Numbered from the stretch's first letter, positions 8,356-18,378 are shown. The stretch: 26,876 bases of DNA from a virus (IMGVR_UViG_3300025684_000057:1-26876); one strand, 5' to 3'. A program made the numbers and translations. The notes: a model not told the origin generated them from the letters alone.

Positions 8356-9426
8356 TTACTCGTTAAACGGAAGGTCTCTACCGGTGACGCTGTAATCATC
8401 TCCAAGTGCTGATTGTCCATTCTCGTTATCGTTGATTGTATTTAGGCTTGAATTACCAATAGTAAACATTCTGTTAGATGCCTTTCTACGTCTACTTATC
8501 CTTCTTTCGAATTCTTCAACACCAACCGGCGTCTCTGTCAATACAGTAGATTCTGCTTCATCAATAGCATCTTGACCTTCATATATTAGGACCCATTCTT
8601 CGTTATTAAATTTCCATAATTTAAGATAGTCTTCACTGTAATATACGTTGTCAGATTCTCCTGTAATAAGTCCATTAGGATTTTCTAAATTACCTATGTA
8701 ACCACCGTTTTCAGTTTTAGTAACTATGATTGATTGATATACATCTTCTTCAAAGTCGAATGAAGGCATGAATGAATTTATCTCTAGACTAAAAGTAACC
8801 TTATGATTACCTTTATCATCAAAGCCGTACTCAATCGGCCTCTCCATTGTATAGTCATCTGGCATTGCATACTCAGAACTAATTCTGTAAGTACCGTCTT
8901 CTAGATGACCCGCGTCAACGTGATATGAATTGGCTTTATACATCTTCTTAATAATAGCCTCAGTTACTTTAAAAAGATCTAGCTGGCTTGAAACTATAAT
9001 TTCAACGTCAACACCTAATACAACTGGAATCATTTCAAACTCAGCAACAAAAGACTCAAACATACCATCTTCTGGGTTAAGTCTATTGTATTGTCCTAGA
9101 TTACGTTTATTAACCAGTTTAGAAGGATCTACTGCAAATGATGTTAGATTTACAATACCTCTTGGTACACGGTCATAGTTACCATCTGCTTTTGTAGGGT
9201 CTACGTCACAGTTCTCACCGTTCAATGTGCTAAACAAGAAGTTATCACGCATGAAATTCTCATCACCGGAAACTGCATAGTAGAAAGGCACATCTACAAC
9301 AACTCTATTATCATTAGTCAATTGTCTTGAGATACTTAACTTATTGTTAAGATCCGCCAGCAGACCAATGATAATGTGTCGGATAACTGAGTCATCCTTG
9401 TTGTATTTTAGATTATAACTTGCCAT
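8356..9426 (-). CDS. gp15: Tail sheath stabiliser/terminator, T4 gp15-like
   Basis: IRHII---L...V-VPFYY...VPRG...DPSKL-N...IPV-L--DVEI---SQ-D-F---EAI pattern follows the gp15 family; extended acidic C-terminus. Confidence 0.68.
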   Translation of the reverse strand: MASYNLKYNKDDSVIRHIIIGLLADLNNKLSISRQLTNDNRVVVDVPFYYAVSGDENFMRDNFLFSTLNGENCDVDPTKADGNYDRVPRGIVNLTSFAVDPSKLVNKRNLGQYNRLNPEDGMFESFVAEFEMIPVVLGVDVEIIVSSQLDLFKVTEAIIKKMYKANSYHVDAGHLEDGTYRISSEYAMPDDYTMERPIEYGFDDKGNHKVTFSLEINSFMPSFDFEEDVYQSIIVTKTENGGYIGNLENPNGLITGESDNVYYSEDYLKLWKFNNEEWVLIYEGQDAIDEAESTVLTETPVGVEEFERRISRRRKASNRMFTIGNSSLNTINDNENGQSALGDDYSVTGRDLPFNE

Positions 9427-9429
9427 TTA

Positions 9430-10779
9430 TTATAGGTATCTCTTGGTCATTCTTTCCCAATCATCTAGACCGGCTCTCTTAAAGCCAGCAGCCTTTACGA
9501 ACGTTCTCATTGAAACGTCTTTTGCCTTCTTCATAAACTCATAGATCTCCTCTTTGTCTGCAAGTGGCATATCAGTTGGTTCTAGGTGAGGTAAGAGCTT
9601 CTTCATACGCTCCATTAGCGTAGCATCGTCCGGTGCAACGTCGATCAGGATTGATCTTGAACGAATAGCTCCATCTGGATCCGCCTTATCTTTTTCTAAG
9701 TTAGAGATGAAAATTACACGGCCAGCAAACTCAAACCTGTTTGGTACTAGGCCTGCTTCGAGTGCGTTAAACTCTCCTTCTGGATTATTTTCAAAGTCTT
9801 TTGGATCAAAAACTGTTGATGACTTCTTTAACCAGCTAATCTTTCTGATTGGCTTGGTGTCTAATGCAGCTTTAAGCATGTTACGACCGTTTTCATCTCT
9901 AAATACTGAGTCACAATCATCAAATACTAAGGTCTTAGTTCTATACTGATAAAACTTCTTGAACATCATGATTGGTGATGCTGCACCAGATACTAGTACC
10001 CAATCTTCATCTTCTTCTAGACCTTCATCTTTCATCGCACGTTCAACATTGTATGTCTTACCAGTACCTGCACGGCCTGAAATAAAGAGTGAGTTGAATG
10101 CTCCAGCGGCAACTTTTCTTGAGATCTGATAAATGTCATCCATGGTCTCTTCTAAAAACTTAACTTTGTCTGCAACAGTCTGCTCGTTCTTAGTCTCCAT
10201 GCTTGACTTAACTTCACCAGAGCTAACGTTTCTCTTTAGCTTTAAGACTGATCTATACTCAATGCCCATCTTCTTGGCAATCTTAGTTACCGGCATCTTC
10301 TTGTCTAATAGCTTTGTGATTTCATTAAGTTCAGCTTGGCTAAACGCATAATCTGCAGCTTCTGTTACAAAGCTATAAGACTCTGCAATTTGTTTAACGT
10401 ATTTCACATCCATTAGCCTTACGAACTCGTCGATTAATTTCACGATTGGAAATTGATCTGAAGTCAACTGAAAGTCTGCAGTGTTGTTATAGTGTTTTGA
10501 GTAGAATGTAAGTGAACCTACAATACCAGGACCAGTACCTTGCCCGCCAATTCTAACAGCTTTATCTGAGTTGTTAGAGTATAGCATAATACCAGGACCT
10601 TCTTGACCATCTATTCTGTGAACAAGTACATAAGGAAACTTCTTGTAATCATCACTGGTCTTCTTATTAAGATATGCCATAATAACATCAGCTGCTTTGT
10701 CCAATTTGTTATCGAACACGCTGGTGGTTTTCATCACTTGTGCTTCATTTACGAAGCCGTTAAAATCTAAAAATTGCAT
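9430..10779 (-). CDS. AAA+ ATPase with N-terminal domain and central helix-turn-helix
   Basis: Walker A GRAGTGKT, Walker B LVFDDCD, sensor FISN, Arg-finger AIRSR; HTH-like LLDKKMPVTKIAKKMGIEYRSV. Confidence 0.8.
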   Translation of the reverse strand: MQFLDFNGFVNEAQVMKTTSVFDNKLDKAADVIMAYLNKKTSDDYKKFPYVLVHRIDGQEGPGIMLYSNNSDKAVRIGGQGTGPGIVGSLTFYSKHYNNTADFQLTSDQFPIVKLIDEFVRLMDVKYVKQIAESYSFVTEAADYAFSQAELNEITKLLDKKMPVTKIAKKMGIEYRSVLKLKRNVSSGEVKSSMETKNEQTVADKVKFLEETMDDIYQISRKVAAGAFNSLFISGRAGTGKTYNVERAMKDEGLEEDEDWVLVSGAASPIMMFKKFYQYRTKTLVFDDCDSVFRDENGRNMLKAALDTKPIRKISWLKKSSTVFDPKDFENNPEGEFNALEAGLVPNRFEFAGRVIFISNLEKDKADPDGAIRSRSILIDVAPDDATLMERMKKLLPHLEPTDMPLADKEEIYEFMKKAKDVSMRTFVKAAGFKRAGLDDWERMTKRYL

Positions 10780-10800
10780 CAGTAGTTATTTTATTTTGTT

Positions 10801-10808
10801 TATATATC
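10801..10808 (-). promoter_or_regulatory. Putative late promoter GATATATA
   Basis: Exact intergenic octamer 21 nt upstream of the ATG at 10779. Confidence 0.72.
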
Positions 10809-10824
10809 CTACTGAATTATTATG

Positions 10825-12495
10825 TTATTCTATGCTGCCGATTTCAAACTTAGAAAAACCGTTCTCTCTATAGATCTGAATCTTCTTGTCAAATATTTCA
10901 TGTGGTAGCACGGTATGGTTAATTACAAAGGTATTAATCTTATTCTCCTTAATAACCTGGTTCAATATCTTTAGAATATTGTAAACTCCGTCGTGGTCGA
11001 CTGAACTCAATAGCTCATCTAAGAAGAGTAAGTTCAGCTGTGGGAATCTTAACTTTAAGATCTTAATAATAGCTATGATAATGATAAAGTCTGCCTTCTT
11101 ACGTTCACCTGTTGATAGAGTTAATGGGTTAATATCTTCACCTAGATGGTTAATAATACAGTTGAATTTCTCATCGAATCTAATATGGAACTGTAGGTGC
11201 ATTGTCTGGGCCATCGCTGCAATGTTTGCATTTAGACCTGGTAGAATTGTCTTTACTGCTAAATTCTTAACACCATCTTCACCCAGGACTTGTTCAACAA
11301 CACTCATAAAGTTATAGTCACCACTCAACTGATCTCGCTTGTTAGACTTTTCTTCTTCTGATTTTTCAAACTGCTCAATCAGGCTCTTAAGATGGTCAAA
11401 CTCTTCACCGCTTGAAGTCTCTTTAATCTTGACAAGCTCTGCCTTCATTGAACGCATATTGTATTTAATATCATTGATCTTTGTATCAATGCTCTTCTTA
11501 GATTCTTTTAAATCAGTTGCGTTTGCCGTGATAACATCCATTTCTACTTTAATAGACTTAATCTTTTTAGTGTCCTCTTCAATCTTAAGAGCATATTCGT
11601 CCTTCTTCTCCATATGCCACTCAGAATCTAGCTTGGTTTCACATGTTGGACAGTGTCCTTTTTCATAAAGGTCTAACTTCTTCTTAAGATAATCAAGCTC
11701 GTGCTTCAAATTACTGGCCACTGTTCTCTGGCCTTCATACTCTTCTTTCTTAAATGTAATACTCTCGCTAATCTGGTCAGCTTCAGTCTTCATTGTCTTA
11801 GCCTCTTCGTTTAAGGCAACAAGACTTTCTTTTAGCTCCTTAATCTTGCTTGCATTCTTCTCACTTGATTCTTCAAGTAGTGTATTTAACTTATGGCGTA
11901 CTGACTTGATTGACTCCATGATCTGATTCAATTCAGCTTCATAGTTGTCAATGTCCATCTTAACTGATTTGCGTTCTTCTTTAATTGAACGCTGCATATC
12001 ATTTAAGATTGAGAAGCCAAACATTCTATCAATAATCTGGCGCTTGTCTGCGCCGTTCATTGTTAAAAAAGACTTAAAGTCATTAATTGAGAGAATAATA
12101 ATGTTCTTAAAAACATGATAAGGTATACCGTAGACTTCTTCTTCCAAATAATCTTGTACACTTCGCTTACCAGCTTTATCAAATTCGACGCCGTTAATTA
12201 ATACACTAAATTTATTTGGAGCTAAGCCACGCTCAATCTCAACATTGATTGTACCACACTGTAGTCCAATCTTAACTAAAAGTTCTTTGTTGATTCTATT
12301 CGGCAGATCACTTAGTTTTACGCCCTCTACTTTACCGTAAAGTGCATATATGATTGCATTTGCAATTGTAGTTTTACCGTCACCATTTTTACCTAGAGTT
12401 AAGAATAGCTCTGATCCGCCCTTCTTAAATTCTAGCCTTTGTTTTTGATTACCGTAACTTGCAAAATTTTTAAACTCAATGTAGTCTATTCTCAT
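10825..12495 (-). CDS. gp46: Recombination endonuclease ATPase subunit, gp46/Rad50/SbcC-like
   Basis: FKNFASYGN, GKNGDGKTT, zinc hook CPTC, signature LSTGE, Walker B LLFLDE. Confidence 0.95.
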   Translation of the reverse strand: MRIDYIEFKNFASYGNQKQRLEFKKGGSELFLTLGKNGDGKTTIANAIIYALYGKVEGVKLSDLPNRINKELLVKIGLQCGTINVEIERGLAPNKFSVLINGVEFDKAGKRSVQDYLEEEVYGIPYHVFKNIIILSINDFKSFLTMNGADKRQIIDRMFGFSILNDMQRSIKEERKSVKMDIDNYEAELNQIMESIKSVRHKLNTLLEESSEKNASKIKELKESLVALNEEAKTMKTEADQISESITFKKEEYEGQRTVASNLKHELDYLKKKLDLYEKGHCPTCETKLDSEWHMEKKDEYALKIEEDTKKIKSIKVEMDVITANATDLKESKKSIDTKINDIKYNMRSMKAELVKIKETSSGEEFDHLKSLIEQFEKSEEEKSNKRDQLSGDYNFMSVVEQVLGEDGVKNLAVKTILPGLNANIAAMAQTMHLQFHIRFDEKFNCIINHLGEDINPLTLSTGERKKADFIIIIAIIKILKLRFPQLNLLFLDELLSSVDHDGVYNILKILNQVIKENKINTFVINHTVLPHEIFDKKIQIYRENGFSKFEIGSIE

Positions 12496-13607
12496 TCTTC
12501 AGTATCGTAATTGTACGCGGCTTGTGTGTACAGTTCTTTTAGCTTATCTTTTAGCTTTTGTTTCATGGCATCATCTTCATTAATACTATCAACGTACATG
12601 TTACATAAGTTCATTATGTTATAGTCCTTGTACATTTCTTCAATCGCATCGATGTCATGGAAGTCTTTGTCGATCCAGTTCTCTTCTTGATAAATGTTTG
12701 GTTCAAGCCTACGGCTTACATGTTGGATCTTATTTACTAACTGGCTCAGTGCATTTGTACTTGCAATTTGACTTGGCACGTAGAGATCTACAAAGTTGTT
12801 CTCAATCTGCTTCTTAAAGCTTCCTAGAGTTATATCGAAGAGCTGTGTGATGTTATATTTCACAAAACGAGGTGATATATGGTTCTCAAAGAAAGTCTCT
12901 GACATGTCTTCTAAGTCAACCAGGTCGAAACCTTTTGCATTGTTAGCATCTGATCTTGTTAGTTGGTAAGGAACACCGACCATTAAGAGTTTATCTTTCT
13001 CTTGTCTATAGTGGATGTGGCCACTGTAAACTCTAGTGTATTTACTGTAAACATTGGTCTCGGTGCCATGTTCATTGCGTACCTTTGAGTTTAGATAGAT
13101 GCCTTTCACTTCAGAGTGACAGAACACAATTTCTGACTGTGGGTATTCCGCAAGAGTCTCAGTTTCATGTGCGGTATCTACTCGCCAAGGCATCATTAAT
13201 ATTTTACGACCTGACCATTCTAATAGCTGTGGGTCTTTATAGATCTGCACATTCGGGATCCACTTTAAACTATCAATTGAAGAGACTTCATTTGACTTCT
13301 TAGCCCAAATATCATGATTACCGACAATTACGTAGACTGGTAAGATTTGACCTAATCTTTCAAACAGATCAACAGCATAGTTCAAGACTTTAATGTTGAT
13401 GCTCTGTCTGTTGTCAAATGTATCACCTACCTGTACTAGAACATCGCCAGGCTTTACATGTTTCTTAAGTGTTGGAATAAAAAGTTCTTCAAAAAATTGC
13501 TTCTGGATGCCTAACCACTCTTGAGAGTTAGCTCGTACACCAAAATGAAGATCGCCTAATATCCATACACGTTTCGCTCCTTTATCAATTACTTTAGGTT
13601 CTATCAT
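12492..13607 (-). CDS. gp47: Recombination nuclease subunit, gp47/Mre11/SbcD-like
   Basis: GDLHFG, GDTFDNR, GNHD, SGHIH metallophosphoesterase motifs; overlaps the gp46 start. Confidence 0.95.
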   Translation of the reverse strand: MIEPKVIDKGAKRVWILGDLHFGVRANSQEWLGIQKQFFEELFIPTLKKHVKPGDVLVQVGDTFDNRQSINIKVLNYAVDLFERLGQILPVYVIVGNHDIWAKKSNEVSSIDSLKWIPNVQIYKDPQLLEWSGRKILMMPWRVDTAHETETLAEYPQSEIVFCHSEVKGIYLNSKVRNEHGTETNVYSKYTRVYSGHIHYRQEKDKLLMVGVPYQLTRSDANNAKGFDLVDLEDMSETFFENHISPRFVKYNITQLFDITLGSFKKQIENNFVDLYVPSQIASTNALSQLVNKIQHVSRRLEPNIYQEENWIDKDFHDIDAIEEMYKDYNIMNLCNMYVDSINEDDAMKQKLKDKLKELYTQAAYNYDTEE

Positions 13608-14045
13608 TTAGAATAATTTGTTGATGTTTTTTCTCTCTAAAACACCAGTTCTTATATCTAGTTCTTGAATTAAATCTTCTTTATAGACATTGCTTAATGA
13701 GCTGTAAAATTTGTCTGGTTTAATATCGAAGTAAACGCACATCTCGCTGAATATATCAATTCTGCTAAATTTAGCTTTCATCTCATCAACGATATAACCG
13801 TATACGTCGTTAATGTCTGACTTCTTTAGCTTTTTACACCTGCCAAGATCATCGACATCGTTAAATTCCTTAAAGCGCGAAGCTAGAATTAGCTCATGTA
13901 TTCTATTGGCCACCATTTCATAATGAATCTTGATGTCTTCGTCTAGTGTGTCTTTAAAACTTGAATCAAGTTCAAACGACATATTAGTATTTATCTCGAA
14001 GTCTGGTGAGTCAAAGTTGTTCTCAAATATTTTATCTCTATTCAT
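13608..14045 (-). CDS. Probable late-transcription coactivator, gp33-like
   Basis: C-terminal SRIDIFSEMCVYFDIKPDKFYSSLSNVYKEDLIQELDIRTGVLERKNINKLF follows the spacing I recall for gp33 homologues (S-ID-----C----I--------IS---KE-L...L-K....KL). Comparison is from memory only. Confidence 0.5.
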   Translation of the reverse strand: MNRDKIFENNFDSPDFEINTNMSFELDSSFKDTLDEDIKIHYEMVANRIHELILASRFKEFNDVDDLGRCKKLKKSDINDVYGYIVDEMKAKFSRIDIFSEMCVYFDIKPDKFYSSLSNVYKEDLIQELDIRTGVLERKNINKLF

Positions 14046-15361
14046 TATATTCCGTGTAAATTTGATGTGCTTAATTCTTCTGTTTCTATAAGACGCATAA
14101 ATTTCCAGTTGATATTCAACTTACATTTAGTGCCTTTACCTTCACCGTCTCTTATCTTTAAGATCTTAAGCCAGTACTCTTCATTTGCTCTCATTAGATC
14201 ATCTTGAATAATACCATACATAATATCTGCGGTATGTGATAGGCCTGCTGATTCTGCAATGTCTGTCATTGTAATATCGCTTGAGTTATAACCACTTCTT
14301 GTAATCTGAGTCGCAGTTACGATCAACCAGTCATTACGTTGGCCCATTGCTCTTAAATCTTCTGCAATTTGCTTGATCTTCATATATGTATTCTCCGTAT
14401 TTAGATTACGGTAATTTGCCAAGATGTTGATATAGTCAATTACAACTGCACCAATCTTAATCTGACGTTCTTCTTCAATCTGACTAACATAAGCCTCAAT
14501 ATCAAGTACTGTTGCCTGTGAAGTTGGCATCTGTTTAACAAAGAGTTGACCAGGAGGCGTAAATCCATTACCGACAGTCTCAAGCTTACGCTTCATTAAG
14601 TCTCTGTTCTTAGACTTTTCTGCATATTCTGATATATTAATTGAGAGTAGATTTGACCCAATACGTTTTACAAATTTATGTGCTGCCATCTCTGCTGTAA
14701 TTACAACAGTGTTTGTGCCCATCTTAACAAAACTTGCTGCGTCGTTGGCTAGATATATTGACTTACCAATATTCTGTTCACCGGCATAAACGATTAGGTT
14801 ACCACCCTTATCGTAGCCACCGCCAAGTAGTCTGTCTACGAAGTTATAGCCTGAACTTACCTTTTCAGTCTCTTTCTGGTCATGATCTTCTGGGTTAAAG
14901 AAGTCTAGACCTAGATCTGAATTAAAGGTAATGTTGTTACGCTCGTTGATTAAGCCTTTAACTTTCTGAATAATGCTCTCAGTATTCTCAGGTGTAACTT
15001 GAGTCGTCTTAATAAACTCAATTGTATCTGTAAGTGATGTATTAAAGGTTTTCCATTTAATCCAAGACTCTGCAGTGTCTGTTAGCCACTCATCGTCATA
15101 CTGATCTAAATCAACATCAAATAGTAGGTCTAAAATACCATCTGTAACTTTATCTTTAGCTTTTTTACTATTCTGTGCAAGTAGTTTTAATTGGTTCTTA
15201 GATGGTGTCTCGTTGAACTTAACGTAAAACTTATTTGCAAGATAACTTAAAATATCAATCTCTTCAGACTGATAATAATCAGTCTTAATTGCTTGTAAAT
15301 ATTTTGGCTTAACTAAAGATAGTCTAAAGAATATCTTCTCAAAGTCTTGTCCGAACTGCAT
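14045..15361 (-). CDS. gp41: Replicative DnaB-like helicase, T4 gp41-like
   Basis: Walker A GEQNIGKS, TAEMA, IDYINI, IKQIAEDLR, TATQ-TR, ESAGL--TAD. Confidence 0.94.
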   Translation of the reverse strand: MQFGQDFEKIFFRLSLVKPKYLQAIKTDYYQSEEIDILSYLANKFYVKFNETPSKNQLKLLAQNSKKAKDKVTDGILDLLFDVDLDQYDDEWLTDTAESWIKWKTFNTSLTDTIEFIKTTQVTPENTESIIQKVKGLINERNNITFNSDLGLDFFNPEDHDQKETEKVSSGYNFVDRLLGGGYDKGGNLIVYAGEQNIGKSIYLANDAASFVKMGTNTVVITAEMAAHKFVKRIGSNLLSINISEYAEKSKNRDLMKRKLETVGNGFTPPGQLFVKQMPTSQATVLDIEAYVSQIEEERQIKIGAVVIDYINILANYRNLNTENTYMKIKQIAEDLRAMGQRNDWLIVTATQITRSGYNSSDITMTDIAESAGLSHTADIMYGIIQDDLMRANEEYWLKILKIRDGEGKGTKCKLNINWKFMRLIETEELSTSNLHGI

Positions 15362-15370
15362 ATATTTTTA

Positions 15371-15401
15371 GTTGTTATATGAGTATTACTCAAATGGATT
15401 C
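15371..15401 (-). promoter_or_regulatory. Putative early/middle promoter GAATC-N17-TATAACAAC
   Basis: Bipartite motif upstream of the helicase; spacer contains the palindrome TGAGTA-N-TACTCA (15380-15392). Confidence 0.55.
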
Positions 15402-15685
15402 AAAAGAATCTTGTAAGACTCTTTACCTTGTTCTTGATTAGTTTGTTCTAATAGTCCATCAATAGCAGCCTCGTTTAATGAGGTTACTAGATGTTCTTCT
15501 TCTACTTCTGGAAAGCGATATGTTTTTAAAGCGTGCAGAGTGAAAGTACCTTTATACCTATCTGGGTTACGTTCACACATTACAAGCTCATTATATACAA
15601 TATCCATGCCACTTGGCCAGCCTGGTAGATCTTTCTCGACACCAATCACATATTTAATCGGTAGCTTGTCTTCATTAATCCTCAT
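15386..15685 (-). CDS. Hypothetical protein (possibly winged-helix)
   Basis: 99-aa ORF overlapping the end of uvsX; the helix-helix-beta-hairpin pattern at the C-terminus is only suggestive. Confidence 0.65.
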   Translation of the reverse strand: MRINEDKLPIKYVIGVEKDLPGWPSGMDIVYNELVMCERNPDRYKGTFTLHALKTYRFPEVEEEHLVTSLNEAAIDGLLEQTNQEQGKESYKILLNPFE

Positions 15686-16796
15686 CTTCAGTAGTACTTT
15701 CCATAATATCGTCTACATCAAACTCAACGTCTGTATTGTAATTGAATATATCGTAGACTTTCTTATCAAGCTTCTCAAGAACTTCTTGAGTAAAGACCTT
15801 TTCTGTAAAGAACTCATTATTAGGTATAACTTCATCTAGATGTTTACATATCCAGCCTCTTGCAGAGGCTTTTGGTACTTTCTGACCCTTTTCGATACTA
15901 CCGCGTGCAATACCAATATCTTCCCAATCAATGTAGTTTTCTAGGCCAACGTATCTGTTCATACCTTCACTAAAGTGTAGATGAAACTTGATTGGATTTG
16001 GCTTGGCGAATCTGTTCTTGTTTGGTTTTGCAGTTACAATAATACCGGCCTTTTCACCACCTTCTTTCAGCTGTGCTTTGTTTAAGAAGAGCACGATTGA
16101 AGCTGCGTATTCTGGTCCTGTACCGCCGCCAGCAACTTGCTGTGAAATAAAGCTCTGTGTCTGGTATGTGTGGTTAGTAAAGATAAAAGGAATCTTAAGA
16201 TCAGCCATTGGCGTCATGATAATTCTAAAGATTGACTTAAGTACTTTAGAACGTGTCATATCAGACTTGTCACTGCCTGATTTCGCATCTTCAATTTCTT
16301 TAGCCGTAGCAAGGTTACCTGCTGAATCCAAGATAATCATCATCTTAGGTAGTTCAGCGCCGGCACGTTTAGCCTCTTGCATTCTAGATGTGATCGTCGT
16401 AATTGAAGTTCTAAAATCTTGAACTGTATTTACAGGCTGATAGTTAACTTTATTTGTATCGATACCGAATTTCTTCATGAGATCCCTGTCAACCGCGGCT
16501 TCTGAATCATAAAATATGATATTGTAGCCCATTTCAATAGCTCTATGGATTGAATTTAGAATTAGATATGTCTTACCAGTTCCAGATGGACCTGCAATTG
16601 AACAAGATCTATTGTTTGGCCATCCACCAAAGAGTGAACCACTAACACATGCATTCAGATGATAATTACCAGTGTCGATCCACTCGGTAACCTCACTAAA
16701 ACTAGAGTATTCCATTACAGAACCTAGTGGATTTAATGTTGCTAACTCAGCGTTAATATCGTCAAAGCTGAACTCTTTATTCTTAGTTTTTGCCAT
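15675..16796 (-). CDS. uvsX: RecA-like recombinase UvsX
   Basis: IDTG, Walker A GPSGTGKT, YDSE, Walker B IILDS, DMTR-K, NHTY, GGG-G--YAAS. Confidence 0.94.
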   Translation of the reverse strand: MAKTKNKEFSFDDINAELATLNPLGSVMEYSSFSEVTEWIDTGNYHLNACVSGSLFGGWPNNRSCSIAGPSGTGKTYLILNSIHRAIEMGYNIIFYDSEAAVDRDLMKKFGIDTNKVNYQPVNTVQDFRTSITTITSRMQEAKRAGAELPKMMIILDSAGNLATAKEIEDAKSGSDKSDMTRSKVLKSIFRIIMTPMADLKIPFIFTNHTYQTQSFISQQVAGGGTGPEYAASIVLFLNKAQLKEGGEKAGIIVTAKPNKNRFAKPNPIKFHLHFSEGMNRYVGLENYIDWEDIGIARGSIEKGQKVPKASARGWICKHLDEVIPNNEFFTEKVFTQEVLEKLDKKVYDIFNYNTDVEFDVDDIMESTTEDED

Positions 16797-16798
16797 AA

Positions 16799-16966
16799 TT
16801 ATTCTTCTGTTTTAAATTTTGTACGCTCTTCTTCGCGCAATGTTTCAAGTTCTTCGATCAATGATTGGCTTTCTGCCTGTATTTCATGCATCATGATTTC
16901 TAATTTAGACAGCCGGTCGTAAATCTTCTGGTATTTTAGAACAAACTCATGTTGTTCAGCATTCAT
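16799..16966 (-). CDS. Small coiled-coil hypothetical protein (55 aa), not in ORF track
   Basis: Manual translation MNAEQHEFVLKYQKIYDRLSKLEIMMHEIQAESQSLIEELETLREEERTKFKTEE*. It fills the gap between its neighbours with 1-2 nt spacing. Confidence 0.8.
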   Translation of the reverse strand: MNAEQHEFVLKYQKIYDRLSKLEIMMHEIQAESQSLIEELETLREEERTKFKTEE

Positions 16967-16967
16967 A

Positions 16968-17159
16968 CTAATTTCCATTATTAATCTCGTTTATCATATC
17001 CTCAAGATCTATCTGGTTAGATGTTGCTTTCTGAGCGTTAAGCTTTTTAGCGTTCTCTTTATCAATCTGCCAGATTATACTTCTTACTTCCTCTCCTAAA
17101 TCTGCGTTATTAGGATTATCTTTTGTCATTTGTTTTATTACTTCGTAAAAATTGTCCAT
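16968..17159 (-). CDS. Small hypothetical protein (63 aa)
   Basis: MDNFYEVIKQMTKDNPNNADLGEEVR...; ATG 17159 avoids the overlap with the polymerase gene that the track's 17222 start implies. Confidence 0.72.
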   Translation of the reverse strand: MDNFYEVIKQMTKDNPNNADLGEEVRSIIWQIDKENAKKLNAQKATSNQIDLEDMINEINNGN

Positions 17160-17169
17160 AGTATCGTAA

Positions 17170-18378
17170 TTAAAATAATGCTGATGCATAAAGTAGATTA
17201 GTGTCAAGTGTTTGTAGACCAATTGCTGTAAGCACTCTATTTAAAGGGTCAATCATTGCCTTTTCAAACTGAATGTCATAGTCTATTTCTGGTGCAATTT
17301 CATAAGGATGTTCGTTTGGCATATATGCATAAACCTCTGATATTGGTGATTTACAGTTATAAATCTTTAGCTTTTCACCGTTACCGATAACCTTATATTT
17401 GTTTTTATATTTAGAGTTCATATTAAGCAGGTAGTTGTAGTAGCCTGCTGCTTTCACGTTAGCTGGACATTTTAGACCGACTTGGAATTCAATCTGATCA
17501 TCAACGATATACTTATCAATATTGTTTGTTCTTCTGTTAAAAGAGATTTCATCAATATCGGCAAGTTGAAACTCTTTTCTAACTTGCTTCATAAATTGAA
17601 CAAGTGCTTGTAGTTCTTCAGCATCTGGTGTTTTACCACTCTTAAATATAATCTTAAGTGCTTCAACTAGTTTAGTTCTTATAAATGCTGGTGTCGATGA
17701 TTGAATAGTATCGTAACCTATTGTTTTAATCTTCTTTAGCGGAGCATGTCGATCAGTCTTCTCAAGTTTATCGTCCCATGCAATATTCTGGATGTATTTC
17801 TTCTTACTCATCCAAATACCATTATATGCAATAGTCTCTAGTTCAAACATTAAGAAGTTATCAGTGTTACGCTTTTCAGCATACATTTCCATGGCTTTAA
17901 CGATATAGTCTTTAAGTCTAAAGCCATAGAGTGCTAAAATAAACTCATCAATTGACATCTTTTTACTTTCATCTTGCCAGATAATAGACTCATAAACGTC
18001 TTGAAACTGAACGTAACATGAATCTGTGTCAATGTAGATTACAGCAGGCTTTTCAATTTTGCCTTTTACTTTAATATCGAATTGTTGGTGCGTTGCAGTA
18101 TCTTTATGCCAGAATTCTTGAACGTATTTATTTAAGATTGACTCTGAATATAGAATAGCATTCTTGCCCTGTTTTGTAATTGACTCTGCAATATCGATAT
18201 TGAAAAAGTGAAACCATTTGTTACCGAAGGCTCCGTAGATCGAGTTAAGAGTTAACTTAACCGCCTGTTCATAAGCTGTATACTTTGCTGAAAGCTGCTT
18301 GTAGTGATCTACAAGCAGCTTAGCGTCAGCATCGGTTAATTGATCTATTGGTTTATTTTCTAACTCTTTTATATCCAT
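17170..18378 (-). CDS. gp43: Family-B DNA polymerase, C-terminal subunit (gp43B: fingers helix, palm, thumb)
   Basis: Motif B KLTLNSIYG, motif C YIDTDS, KKKY, K-IG-DTIQSSTP; no exonuclease domain or motif A. Confidence 0.93.
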   Translation of the reverse strand: MDIKELENKPIDQLTDADAKLLVDHYKQLSAKYTAYEQAVKLTLNSIYGAFGNKWFHFFNIDIAESITKQGKNAILYSESILNKYVQEFWHKDTATHQQFDIKVKGKIEKPAVIYIDTDSCYVQFQDVYESIIWQDESKKMSIDEFILALYGFRLKDYIVKAMEMYAEKRNTDNFLMFELETIAYNGIWMSKKKYIQNIAWDDKLEKTDRHAPLKKIKTIGYDTIQSSTPAFIRTKLVEALKIIFKSGKTPDAEELQALVQFMKQVRKEFQLADIDEISFNRRTNNIDKYIVDDQIEFQVGLKCPANVKAAGYYNYLLNMNSKYKNKYKVIGNGEKLKIYNCKSPISEVYAYMPNEHPYEIAPEIDYDIQFEKAMIDPLNRVLTAIGLQTLDTNLLYASALF

